A DNA stretch of 64,000 nt from a virus. Taxonomy: Duplodnaviria > Caudoviricetes. Under the pieces are notes generated by a model. The model made no database searches. It was not told the DNA's origin and saw only the letters and a program-made list of their open reading frames with translations. Both the position numbers and the translations under genes were made by a program. This document shows, one piece after another, positions 9,010 to 19,167 of this stretch (its first letter is position 1; each line of letters begins with the position of its first letter). The stretch covers positions 123,989 to 187,988 of the IMG/VR virus record IMGVR_UViG_3300014204_000113; one strand, written 5' to 3'.

Positions 9010-11741
9010 TATGTTTCTCCCAAAAATCTTACGAGCGTTAAGGCAGTGTCCCGGCTACCCTGGTCAAGATTTACTTCTTTAGTTCGGACCTGATAGTTTT
9101 GCGCCTCATCATTCAGCAACTCATCCCGGAGACTTACTGTATCGGTCATTAATTCCAACCTAGCGCCAGCAAGTGACATACTTACTGGTTCAATAATGTC
9201 TTTGGCTGAAAGGAACTTGAGCAACAGTTCAGCCTTGGCAGACATAACGTCCCGAATTTCGCAACATACCATGTCATCCCAGGTACAAGAAAGAGATGTC
9301 CCTTGTCCCCCAGCCTCCTGGATTCCGGCCAGGTAAAACAAGGAGGGGTTTCGGGCATACCAACCATAAACCACAGAGACAAAGGCATTAACCTCAGTCA
9401 AATCTATGGTCTGACTATTTTCCCATTTATTCGAAGCCGTGAGTGCCAGTACCGGGCCAACCGGCGGGGTTCCAGCGTAAGGAATTATCTTGATTTTCCC
9501 GGAGTCCATGAAAAACCAGTACATCATTCTAGAACAGATTTCTTTTATTGCATCAGAGGCAGATATTCCCAGATTAGCAATGTCTTTGAGCCCCCGTTTT
9601 TCCAGACTCCCACCTTCAAATCTCGAATGGATAATGTCATCAGGTGCGGCTATATATGCATCAGATAGGACATCAGCATCGATATAATCTGTCAGGCCAT
9701 AGGTTGCTAAAAATGCTTGGATTCCCGCTAAACTTTTAGTACAAGTCAGCCACTCGTCTACCATGTCATCAAAGACGGAAAAGGAAGCTAACTCTGATAA
9801 TCCGTTTAAAATAATTACCCCTAGATGGTCTAGGGCATGGCGCCCTCCGGCATGTTCAACCACCCGGATAAGCACATCCCCATCTGGATCAAAATCAGGG
9901 TCGGTAGATTCAAACTGGACCATGCCATATTCAGGATATCGAGTAAGCGTCTGAGTGTAGGCCCCCCCCTCAACTGTCTTGCTTGCGGGTTGCGCCAGAT
10001 TATCAATGTATATCGGGCCAATGGATTCAAACGGACCACCATATACTTGATAGGCGTTATGGTAATACTTCGACCTGATTTCAAGATCATCAAAGTCAAC
10101 AGTCCATGATTCAGACACTGCACTAGTAACAGCACCTATTCTGAATTTCATAGGAGAAGCTGCGGAAAAATCAGCACTGTAATTCATCACCACGTCGCCG
10201 TTAATCCACAATACTGCGCGCCCTGTTGTAACTGGTGAATACCACATAGCAAATGTTAATGGCACATCAAGGTAAGCCAAGATGTTGAAATCACATTGAC
10301 CACCTGCGTTAGTATAAATCGCTCCGGTTTCGTCTACATACACATAAAAATAAGCTGAAACTCCAGTAGCATCGACAATACTTAGGATAGTAGTGTTAGC
10401 AGAAGTTGGTGTAGTCGGAGCCACTACAACTCTAAAAGTTCCGGTAACAAATATCTCCCCCGCCGACCCTAATGATAATTCTCCGTATGCTGACTGACTA
10501 GCCCCTGTGACTTCACATCTGACTGCTCTGTTTCCGGTAAGTCCTGGGGTTATCAGTGAAATAACCCCCCCACCAGCAGCAACTATATGATCCAGTTCGT
10601 TAAAATTGTTTTCCTCAAAATAGGCAGACCGGGCAATGGGGGCAGGGGACCAACCGGACACCGCCTGGCCTTCACAGAGAAATTCCCCGAGAATGAGAGG
10701 GTTTGGGGTTCCATCCGCAGCAGGTAAGGCAATCCGTTTTTTAAGGCAATCGCTGATAAAATCCTCTGCGTACACTTCAACATTATTTGGCGACCCTACA
10801 GCCCTAGTCACTGGTCCCCATTGCTTCACCAAACCATGAAACAGAGTGATGAACTCAGTGAAATTATCTGCCATCCATTCGTCTTCACCCCACTCAGAGG
10901 TAAACCAACCACCTTTTGACCAGCCGAGTTGAATTTTCAGTTGGAGATTATACCAATCCTGTCCTGCCAAAAAGAAACTGCTTTTGTCTGGGGAAAACAA
11001 AGGGGTCGGGGTTTTGACATATTGAATTTCTTCACCAGGGACTATTACTGTAACCTCATCAGAAAATTGGCGGTTATTTAACAACAACCCTGAATGTGAT
11101 CCAGCCACCAGGTCATCAAATGCCGTGGGCGCTTCCATGGAAACGCTGCCAACTTGCTCAATATCCCGGACAATGGCAAATTCTCCCAGGGGTTCGATAT
11201 CTTTCACATAGGTAAGCAAGTCCCCGGACACGTTCTGGTCTTCAGCATATCCTTGGTAGACACTTGCAAATATCGTATCCTCTGCCCAAGTGCTAAAATC
11301 ATTGGTGGTGGCTAAACTTTCTTCAACCCAGGCCCGGACACCTTCTATAGTTATCTTAAATTGGTAGTAAGGATAAATAATAATCGTGTCACCAGATTCG
11401 ATAGCAGTCCAGGCAGCGGCGGCAAAGGCCGTTATATCGTTGGCACTACGATAAAAAACAGCCAGGTCATATCCTGGTGAGTTCCAATCCCAAGTTATGA
11501 CCGCCGGTGACGTAGGCTCCTGTAAATTAGAAATCAGCGCCTCTGATATCCAATATCCACCAGTAAAGCCATGAAAGTCAGCTTGGATTCGATCCGTGGA
11601 TATAAAAGAACACTCCACAAAATTACCATCGGCATTGACCCCGTTCGGCCAGATATAGGGCAAGAAAACAGCACGAACCGCTGGTTGTGCCCCAATGGTC
11701 AGAGCCTCATATGCTATGAAATCTGCGCTAGCCAGGAGCAT
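9009..11741 (-). CDS. large tail tip / baseplate-hub-like protein
   Basis: 910 aa, second gene after tape measure; assignment by position. Confidence 0.6.
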   Translation of the reverse strand: MLLASADFIAYEALTIGAQPAVRAVFLPYIWPNGVNADGNFVECSFISTDRIQADFHGFTGGYWISEALISNLQEPTSPAVITWDWNSPGYDLAVFYRSANDITAFAAAAWTAIESGDTIIIYPYYQFKITIEGVRAWVEESLATTNDFSTWAEDTIFASVYQGYAEDQNVSGDLLTYVKDIEPLGEFAIVRDIEQVGSVSMEAPTAFDDLVAGSHSGLLLNNRQFSDEVTVIVPGEEIQYVKTPTPLFSPDKSSFFLAGQDWYNLQLKIQLGWSKGGWFTSEWGEDEWMADNFTEFITLFHGLVKQWGPVTRAVGSPNNVEVYAEDFISDCLKKRIALPAADGTPNPLILGEFLCEGQAVSGWSPAPIARSAYFEENNFNELDHIVAAGGGVISLITPGLTGNRAVRCEVTGASQSAYGELSLGSAGEIFVTGTFRVVVAPTTPTSANTTILSIVDATGVSAYFYVYVDETGAIYTNAGGQCDFNILAYLDVPLTFAMWYSPVTTGRAVLWINGDVVMNYSADFSAASPMKFRIGAVTSAVSESWTVDFDDLEIRSKYYHNAYQVYGGPFESIGPIYIDNLAQPASKTVEGGAYTQTLTRYPEYGMVQFESTDPDFDPDGDVLIRVVEHAGGRHALDHLGVIILNGLSELASFSVFDDMVDEWLTCTKSLAGIQAFLATYGLTDYIDADVLSDAYIAAPDDIIHSRFEGGSLEKRGLKDIANLGISASDAIKEICSRMMYWFFMDSGKIKIIPYAGTPPVGPVLALTASNKWENSQTIDLTEVNAFVSVVYGWYARNPSLFYLAGIQEAGGQGTSLSCTWDDMVCCEIRDVMSAKAELLLKFLSAKDIIEPVSMSLAGARLELMTDTVSLRDELLNDEAQNYQVRTKEVNLDQGSRDTALTLVRFLGET

Positions 11742-12118
11742 TAGATTTCCTCAAAACTTACATCAAATGAATACAATTCTTCCCCATTGTAAAAAGCTTC
11801 TTCTGATGTTGGGGCTGGGCAATCCACCATCAATACTGTAGCATCAAGATTGGTTCCATCTAAATACAAATCTATAGGACATTGAAAATCCCAAAGTGTT
11901 AAAAAATAATCCTTTTGAGATTTTTCAACTAGAGTAAAAGATAAATCATATTTCTTTTTTGTTGGCCCTGAATATCTAAGACTAGTTCCATCAAAAGTTC
12001 TGACATCATCATTAAGATTTATTCTTGTTCCTGGACTATGGCCGAAATCAAAGTTTTGTGGGAAAATATATGTAACTTGATCTGGATCGCCAGATGGGTA
12101 AATGAGTTTTCCATTCAT
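11741..12118 (-). CDS. distal tail protein-like
   Basis: RTFDGT motif, C-terminal SFEEI, directly after tape measure. Confidence 0.6.
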   Translation of the reverse strand: MNGKLIYPSGDPDQVTYIFPQNFDFGHSPGTRINLNDDVRTFDGTSLRYSGPTKKKYDLSFTLVEKSQKDYFLTLWDFQCPIDLYLDGTNLDATVLMVDCPAPTSEEAFYNGEELYSFDVSFEEI

Positions 12119-12125
12119 GTTTTAT

Positions 12126-15100
12126 TTATCTCCCACTACCAATACTTTGACCACGATTACCAATTTCTTTATTAATCGCTTTAACGATATGTTTTGCATC
12201 CCGTTGATAATCAGCTTCAGTTGCTTTGTATCTATAAGTTGGAGAATGAGTTACATTAATATTATAAGCATTAGAAGTACCACTACCATTTCCACCTACT
12301 TGACCATTATTAAGCATATCAAAAGTGATACCCTTTCTTGAATACAAGTCCATTGTTGACCGTTTAATGATACCTTCACCTACTTGAGCCTTTATCATTC
12401 TCTCGTCTACCATCAAACCAGCATGAGCAACGCCATAACCTACAACACCACCAGTGTGATAACCTTCAGTATATCCACCACCAGTAGATTGCATACCAGG
12501 ACTAGCACCTAAACCCGAGCTTCCTCCACCGCCCCCCATATTACCAAACATCATAGTGGCAACAAATGCGGCGGCCGCGGCTATGGGAGCAGCAACAACA
12601 TTAAATGGAAAAGGTACTGCTTCCCAGACTGACCTAAATGCAGCAGCAGCAGCCCTACCAGCATCCATCAAAATTGCTGCTTTAGCTAACGCAGAAAAGA
12701 TTTGAATTGCCTTAAGAGCGAAACCAATTATACCAACTATTCTTGAAGTATTACCTTCAACGCCAGCAGCAGTCATAAGACCTTGTGCTACACCCCAAAT
12801 ACTAGTCATATTCTCTGTCATATCAGTAAATGAATCTTGGTAATCATTTATATAATCAGAAGTAAAAGCATCTTGGTTATTTTGTATCCAATCGCCTTGT
12901 ATATCACTATAAGTATCTCCTTCTTTAATCCACCCTTTAAAAGAAGAATCTACTAATCTATCAGTCTTCCTCCAATCTTTTTGTAATCTATTGTTGTCTC
13001 TAATCAATTCATCAAACGGACTCTTAGTTCTGAATTGTTTAGATAATTTAGTAAGTCCGCCAAGTTCACTACTAATATCATCATCCTTATGTCTCCCGCC
13101 AATTGAATAAGCTGTCTTTTTAGCTTTCTTCATTGTTCTATCAAACTTAGAATCAGGTAATATGGATTTATCCAATCCTGGCATATTAGCTACTTCTACA
13201 TACATCGGATTAGTTTTAGTCCCTAGAACACCTTTACCAAATAATGAACTTAAAAAACTTCCTTCTTCTTTACCACTAGATTTAACAGGATTTAATAACC
13301 CTCCAATTAAATCAAAACCTCTAGAAACTCCCATCTTCATTATTTGTTTAACAAAAGTTTCGCCTAAATCCCAAAACATATCTTCAAGTATTATTTTCTT
13401 TCCTCTAATACTATCAATAAAAGCTGTGCCAGCCATATCTCCTATTCCAGATTCAAGATTGTCCATTAATGCTTTGAAATCAGCAGCACCACGTTTACTT
13501 GCTTCGTTAGCTCTTTCTACTCCATAAATTTTTGCACCGCCAGCAAATCCTTGAGTTTCCCATTTTTTCATTTCAAGTTGTAATTTTTCTGCTTCTTGAC
13601 TTTGTTTATGAAGACTGCGTAAACGATCTTCATCAAAGCCAGCAGATTTCAAAGCGTATTCATTTTTCTTAATCCATATCTCCAATTCATTCAAACTGAC
13701 TTTTTGTTGGATATTTAAACTTTCTTCCTGATATCTCAATTGGTCTGTGTATAACAAAGAATTGGAAGCAAGATTAGATATATGTTTATTTATTTCATTT
13801 AACCATGTATTTTGCTGTTCCAAAGGTCTGTTTTGTTGATTAATATTTTCTGCACGTTCTTTTTCTATTGCTAACAAATTATTGTTTTGTCTAAGTAAAT
13901 TAGCAGTTCCTTCGTCTAATCCATTCAATCTAATCAATTGTTCTACTTTTGCTTGGTCAATCATAAGTTCAAAATTAAGTGCTTTTTTGCTATATTCATT
14001 TTGCTTTTCTGCTGGAATATTCATCGCAACTAATGTGCTATAAGAACTTTTCATAATTTCGTTTATTTTTAGAAAATTATCCATGGAAGCCTTATCTATT
14101 GCAAATGCTTGTTTTTTAGCTTCCATCTGTTCTTGAGGCATTCCAAGTTGTGTTGTCAATTTATTTTGTGCAGTACCTCTCATTCCCTGAAATTCACCAA
14201 CAACTTTGGTTTGTGATTCATGGAAAGCAAGTGCTTTAGCAAGTTCTGTAGAAGGAAGGCCAGCAATATTTGTTTCTCGTCCAGCGCCCAATCTATTCAT
14301 TAAAAACGTTAGATATTCTTCGGTATTATTTTCATTGGGAGGAGCATATTGATAAATAAATTTTTCAAGGGAAAGTTGTTCTGATTGTCTTCTCTCCACT
14401 TGTTTTACGAGAGCACTAAAGCCAGCTTCAGCACTTGGGAAAGCGGTGAATTTGTTGCTTATAGGAGATACAAAACCTCCTTGTTCAGCTTGATATTGAT
14501 ATGGTTGGCCAGTTCCTTGGTTATAAGTTAATAAACCTGGATTGTTTAACGGTAAAGCTTTTCCTGATTTACTTCTATCTTCTGGAATGATAACTTGAAA
14601 TTTATCAAGTCCAGTAGGTGTAGAAATAGAACTACCAATAAGTCCTCTCATCTCAGCAGCAAATTTATCTGTATTAAAACCACCTGCTCCTATCCCTAAA
14701 GATTTTTTTAATTGATCTTCTCCAGTTGGAGGAACTTTTCCCAAATCAGTAACTTTTCCTATCAATCTGTCCAAACTATCAATAACGCTATCTATTTGTG
14801 TCATCCATGTTTGACCAAATTTTTTTCCAGCAGCGTCCATCACTTCGGAAGCAGTCTTGGCGTTTTCAATCAATTTTAAAAGTGGATCACCATTCAATTC
14901 ATCCATAGCTCCAGCAGAAGGGGCAGTTTGATATTTCCTGACAAATTCTTCATGTTGTAATAAAATTTTCTTATATTGATTATCTAATGTTTCTGGCACA
15001 CCTTCCAATGAATAAGCATAAATTTCCCTGTTTCTTTTTTCAAATTCTTGAGCGATAATTTGATCGCGTATATCTTTTAATTTTTGTTCATATGATGAGG

Positions 15101-17096
15101 CAAGTTTAGTGGTTTCATTTTGTTCTTTCATTTTGAATATGGTTTTATCAATTTGACTGTTCATTTTAACAAAGTCTGAAATTATTCTATCCATGCTGTT
15201 GCCAGAAATATTGCTCAATTGGCTGTTAAAACTCACCATTAAAGAACTAGCTGTTTGGAGAGCCTTAATATTTTTATCGTCCCAAATATTCAAAGTATCT
15301 TTTGGCTGGGCTTGAAGAGCATTGTTTGCTCCTTCAAGCGATTTTTTATAAAGGTCTGCGTTCTCTTTCAAACCGTAAAAAAACTTTTCACTTTCCGAAA
15401 GATTTTTGTTGATGTTAGACGTATTTTTATCAATGTCAGACGTATAAATTTCTGCCATCGCAAACGGGTCTCCCATCGCGGCGGCAGCAATCATCATAGA
15501 ATCTCGATCTCCAGACATTAAACGCGAGACAGCAAAAGCACCAGCGCCTATTCCTCCACCTATGGCACCAACGGTTCCGCCGATCATACCTCCCATAGCA
15601 AAACCCAATATCGCCATTGCCGCAGGGTCTTTGCTAAAATCATCAACAAGGTTTTTCATTTTGCTTTTTACATTTTCTATATGATTGGAAACTGTATTCC
15701 CTAATAATTCAAAACCGCCAATGGCCTCTATGATGGGTTCTGTTAAACCTGGCGCTATATTAGCCGCCAAAGCGATTATTCCAGCAGAAAGAAGGGCGAC
15801 AACAAGGGCCGGACCAAGCCCTAAAGAAGTCATCGCCGTAATAGCAGTAGTGATAGCAGCACCTAGAGAAGCCATAACAACAACTATTGCCTTTCCTATA
15901 GTTGCGAAAGCACCAACAGCGACTCCTCCCAATAATCCAAATACCCACATTAATGCTCTAACTGATAAAATAAAAGCAGTTATTTTTAATAAAATAATAC
16001 TAATATCAACAACAAGTTGAACAAAAACCGGATGTGCTTCATTGAATTCAGAAACCAACTTTGCAAATTCAGTAACATTATTCACAATGGCAATAATCCC
16101 AGAATCAATTCTTTGTAAAGAAGAAATTATTTCTGGGTTTAAGGTTATTTTTTTAGTTTGTTCATCAAATTTTATTGCCCAATTAAAAATATCCATCATC
16201 ACTTGTTTCAATTTCTCAAATGAACCAAGCGTTCCAGTCCCCATTAAATTCTGAAAAGCATCTTTCAAGTTTGAAAGAACTACTGTCCAATTGCTAAACG
16301 CTTGTTCTGCCATCACAGCAAGAGAAGCAGTTCTGGTCATAAATTCGGTATAAAACTTTCCAGATGCTTGCATTTGTTTGATAGTGGTATTATCGAGTCC
16401 AAGACCTTCCATTAAAGGTTTAACACGAGTCATCCTTGCTTGCATGACACCGGTTGTAAATGAACGAATTTCTTCATTCAACTGGTCCATAGGCACTTGA
16501 GCAATCTGGGCCAATTGAACGAAACGTTGGACAAAATCAACCATGTTTTCAAGAGGTACGCCAGCAGCCGAGGCGGGAGCCATCGCTTGCGTCATCGCTC
16601 TTAATAATTGATCATAAGTCGCGGCGGTAGTAAGACCAGCATAACGCAACTTTTCTTGTATTATAGTTGCGTCTTTCATCGCCATATTGAAAGAATCTTG
16701 AGTTGAAACTAAATTACCAGTTGCATCTCTATAACTATATAAAGAAGTAAGAAGAGCGGCAAGGGATAGTTTAGTATCTTCCAACATGGCATTAAATTCA
16801 TAGCCAGCTTGAAATGCAGCCATAGCATTTTTTACTGTATAGAAAACAGCAGCAATAGATGCTAAGGTTCTACCAAATTTCAATAAATCATTTTGGAAAC
16901 TATTGGTAGCTTCTTGCGCTTTTTTCTGGTTGTTAGAGAAGACAGTAGCACTATTACCAGCTTTCTTATGACCATCAGAAAGAATATTAGTGCTTTTAGC
17001 TGCCTTTTCAGAACTGGCGCTAAGATTATTTAATTGGGTAGATGCTTGTTCCGCGCCGGTTGTTTTTATAGCTATGAGGAGGGATGCAATGTCGAT
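12126..17096 (-). CDS. tape measure protein (probable non-canonical ATC start at 17096; ORF track start 16883)
   Basis: helical Ala-rich, hydrophobic segments, YHTGG motif; frame stays open 71 codons upstream to (I)DIASLLIAIK behind AGGTGA SD. Confidence 0.85.
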   Translation of the reverse strand: MDIASLLIAIKTTGAEQASTQLNNLSASSEKAAKSTNILSDGHKKAGNSATVFSNNQKKAQEATNSFQNDLLKFGRTLASIAAVFYTVKNAMAAFQAGYEFNAMLEDTKLSLAALLTSLYSYRDATGNLVSTQDSFNMAMKDATIIQEKLRYAGLTTAATYDQLLRAMTQAMAPASAAGVPLENMVDFVQRFVQLAQIAQVPMDQLNEEIRSFTTGVMQARMTRVKPLMEGLGLDNTTIKQMQASGKFYTEFMTRTASLAVMAEQAFSNWTVVLSNLKDAFQNLMGTGTLGSFEKLKQVMMDIFNWAIKFDEQTKKITLNPEIISSLQRIDSGIIAIVNNVTEFAKLVSEFNEAHPVFVQLVVDISIILLKITAFILSVRALMWVFGLLGGVAVGAFATIGKAIVVVMASLGAAITTAITAMTSLGLGPALVVALLSAGIIALAANIAPGLTEPIIEAIGGFELLGNTVSNHIENVKSKMKNLVDDFSKDPAAMAILGFAMGGMIGGTVGAIGGGIGAGAFAVSRLMSGDRDSMMIAAAAMGDPFAMAEIYTSDIDKNTSNINKNLSESEKFFYGLKENADLYKKSLEGANNALQAQPKDTLNIWDDKNIKALQTASSLMVSFNSQLSNISGNSMDRIISDFVKMNSQIDKTIFKMKEQNETTKLASSYEQKLKDIRDQIIAQEFEKRNREIYAYSLEGVPETLDNQYKKILLQHEEFVRKYQTAPSAGAMDELNGDPLLKLIENAKTASEVMDAAGKKFGQTWMTQIDSVIDSLDRLIGKVTDLGKVPPTGEDQLKKSLGIGAGGFNTDKFAAEMRGLIGSSISTPTGLDKFQVIIPEDRSKSGKALPLNNPGLLTYNQGTGQPYQYQAEQGGFVSPISNKFTAFPSAEAGFSALVKQVERRQSEQLSLEKFIYQYAPPNENNTEEYLTFLMNRLGAGRETNIAGLPSTELAKALAFHESQTKVVGEFQGMRGTAQNKLTTQLGMPQEQMEAKKQAFAIDKASMDNFLKINEIMKSSYSTLVAMNIPAEKQNEYSKKALNFELMIDQAKVEQLIRLNGLDEGTANLLRQNNNLLAIEKERAENINQQNRPLEQQNTWLNEINKHISNLASNSLLYTDQLRYQEESLNIQQKVSLNELEIWIKKNEYALKSAGFDEDRLRSLHKQSQEAEKLQLEMKKWETQGFAGGAKIYGVERANEASKRGAADFKALMDNLESGIGDMAGTAFIDSIRGKKIILEDMFWDLGETFVKQIMKMGVSRGFDLIGGLLNPVKSSGKEEGSFLSSLFGKGVLGTKTNPMYVEVANMPGLDKSILPDSKFDRTMKKAKKTAYSIGGRHKDDDISSELGGLTKLSKQFRTKSPFDELIRDNNRLQKDWRKTDRLVDSSFKGWIKEGDTYSDIQGDWIQNNQDAFTSDYINDYQDSFTDMTENMTSIWGVAQGLMTAAGVEGNTSRIVGIIGFALKAIQIFSALAKAAILMDAGRAAAAAFRSVWEAVPFPFNVVAAPIAAAAAFVATMMFGNMGGGGGSSGLGASPGMQSTGGGYTEGYHTGGVVGYGVAHAGLMVDERMIKAQVGEGIIKRSTMDLYSRKGITFDMLNNGQVGGNGSGTSNAYNINVTHSPTYRYKATEADYQRDAKHIVKAINKEIGNRGQSIGSGR

Positions 17097-17104
17097 GGCG
17101 TCAC

Positions 17105-17494
17105 CTATTTCTTCTTCTTAGTCTTCTTCTTTTCAAAATCAGAAATAATTCTGAGATACTTTGCGTCCATTATACGAAGAAGTTGTATTTCCCAATTAGA
17201 CAATTTTATGCCAGTCAACCTAGACCAAGCATCTATTTCACGATAATAAATTGGATTTTGACCCATGCCCACTTCGCGGCTAGAACCAAGTTCCAGAAAA
17301 AGTTGCCATAAATAAGCGATGTCTATCGGCAAATCAAATTCAGGTCTTTGTGGAGCACCACTAATTGGAATGAGCAAATTAGGATTCATTTCCAATCTCT
17401 TTTCATGTTGCTCCACTAAGTCATGTTGGGAAATGCCATCTTCATTTGGATAATTAAATTTTACCCAAACTTCAACGGCATCTTCCAACATCAA
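17105..17494 (-). CDS. tail assembly chaperone, second ORF
   Basis: LFLELGSSR..GM..NPI.Y.EI.AW motif; position before tape measure. Confidence 0.7.
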   Translation of the reverse strand: MMLEDAVEVWVKFNYPNEDGISQHDLVEQHEKRLEMNPNLLIPISGAPQRPEFDLPIDIAYLWQLFLELGSSREVGMGQNPIYYREIDAWSRLTGIKLSNWEIQLLRIMDAKYLRIISDFEKKKTKKKK

Positions 17495-17496
17495 AG

Positions 17497-17901
17497 TCAG
17501 TCCTGTAGGAAGTTCGCCCTGTCTTCGACAAACAGTTGCACTTGTTCTAAGAACCAAGGAAGTTTAGTCATCACCATTTTTACATTCTCAAAAGAACATG
17601 GTAAAGTAACACCTTCCCATTCCACATTTTCCCATTTGAGAACCATCTTGGAAATCAGTTCAATGTTGTTAGCTCGATTTTCTTCCGCACTTAAATTCAT
17701 GCGTACTTGATTTCTACGAACCATCTTTTTCATAGCTTTATTCTGCATAGATAGAGAAGTCTTTTGATACAAGTCTGAATCAATTCCAGCAACCCAGACC
17801 TTAGTAGGTGGCTCAAAAGATTGCTCAGTAATAGGATGGACAATTTCCATCTCAACACCTTCATCAGACGCAGAAGCTACACTTAATTTTGTGAAATCCA
17901 T
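17497..17901 (-). CDS. tail assembly chaperone
   Basis: between tail tube and tape measure; GIDSD, W.NVEW.G..LP.S.EN, F..D.ANF. Confidence 0.8.
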   Translation of the reverse strand: MDFTKLSVASASDEGVEMEIVHPITEQSFEPPTKVWVAGIDSDLYQKTSLSMQNKAMKKMVRRNQVRMNLSAEENRANNIELISKMVLKWENVEWEGVTLPCSFENVKMVMTKLPWFLEQVQLFVEDRANFLQD

Positions 17902-17951
17902 AAAAATACATTCTCCATTTTTTTTGGTTTTTTAGATATTAGTTATCTTAT

Positions 17952-19109
17952 TTAAACATCGACCCTGGTAATCTGAGCAGTAAATCCATAAGTAGGTGAA
18001 TAAATAGCTTGGAATGGCATCTTCAAAGTTATGGGTTTTTCATCACTTACAGCGTGGTCAGAACCACTAAATTTAACATTAGGAATGAAGAATTTGTAAT
18101 ATTCATCAGTTCCACCAACATCAAATTCAAGCAAAGAAGCAGTTTCATTCACGAACTTATTAATCATAGTAGAATCTTGAAAATATACTTCCACCGTACC
18201 AGTTATATTGCATCTTCCAAGAACGATCTTTTGCGTGTATTGACTGCCAATAACAAAAGTGTCTTGTCCAGCATTATCTAAAGAGAAATCAATGCTAGTT
18301 ATCAACGCTATTGCAGTCCCAGCCTCTTTAACAGTTCCAGTAAAGGTATCAAATGGTGAATCAGTCTGAGAAGCAATAGGTGTAGCATCTATAGAAACTG
18401 TAGCAATCGTAACACTACGACCCATTATACTGAAGGTTCCAGTAACAATGTTGTTTGGTTTCAAACTGAGTGCAATTTTATTTACAACACCACCAGCATA
18501 TCTTTCATAAACATCAATATCAGTGTATCCACGTTCAAAAGTGAAAGACCTATCAAGCACACCATTGGATAGAGAAGAAAGTCTTTTTACATTAACAGCA
18601 ACGGTATTAGTTGCAGCTTTTGTACCCAATGTGGAATATCCCAAAGTCAAGGTATGAGTACCAGTAATGGCAGTGACAAGATGGACGCCATTTGTGGTTA
18701 AACCAGTGCCAGTAAAACCACTGACATAAATACAGTCGCCAGTTCCAAGATAACCAAAGGTGAGTGCGGAACTGTAAAGAGTTTTTAATGTGGTTGCACA
18801 ACCCACAGTTGCCGCAGATTTTGAAGCCACAGTTTGCCAAGTGCCACAAAAACCTGCTTCAAAAAGTGGATCGTGCTCTGCCCAACTCAGTTCGATCCCC
18901 ACGTCCCCCGCAATCTTTTGAGTTCCTAATCTGTGGTCAACTATTTGGCGATCTGAACGCAATTCTTTGGATTGAAAAGCATCCCTTGTTAATTGTAATG
19001 AACAAGATGTGTGTCTTAGCTCAGTGTAAGTAGCTGGACTTGTTCCAAATGTCGTCTCAGCCACAGAATATAAAAGTTGATGGAAACTTCCGGCCCCTAG
19101 CTCCGTCAT
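17952..19109 (-). CDS. major tail tube protein
   Basis: ETTFG, S.ELRSDRQ, SFTFERG..D motifs; Thr-rich insertion. Confidence 0.85.
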   Translation of the reverse strand: MTELGAGSFHQLLYSVAETTFGTSPATYTELRHTSCSLQLTRDAFQSKELRSDRQIVDHRLGTQKIAGDVGIELSWAEHDPLFEAGFCGTWQTVASKSAATVGCATTLKTLYSSALTFGYLGTGDCIYVSGFTGTGLTTNGVHLVTAITGTHTLTLGYSTLGTKAATNTVAVNVKRLSSLSNGVLDRSFTFERGYTDIDVYERYAGGVVNKIALSLKPNNIVTGTFSIMGRSVTIATVSIDATPIASQTDSPFDTFTGTVKEAGTAIALITSIDFSLDNAGQDTFVIGSQYTQKIVLGRCNITGTVEVYFQDSTMINKFVNETASLLEFDVGGTDEYYKFFIPNVKFSGSDHAVSDEKPITLKMPFQAIYSPTYGFTAQITRVDV

Positions 19110-19167
19110 TTTATTAATCCTCCAAATAGTTTCTTAACTATTAAAATGTTGTTTATCATTTTGATAA

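Noticed and set aside
5566-11741. Diversity-generating retroelement acting on tail fibres; plus-strand ORFs in this module
   Set aside because: No reverse transcriptase or template/variable repeat pair seen; the + ORFs are shadows of GC-rich minus-strand genes.
17490-17530. Programmed -1 frameshift between tail chaperone ORFs
   Set aside because: Frames are in the -1 relation, but GCG AAC TTC CTA has no canonical slippery heptamer and an AGGA plus TTG/ATG start exists; not supportable, not excluded.
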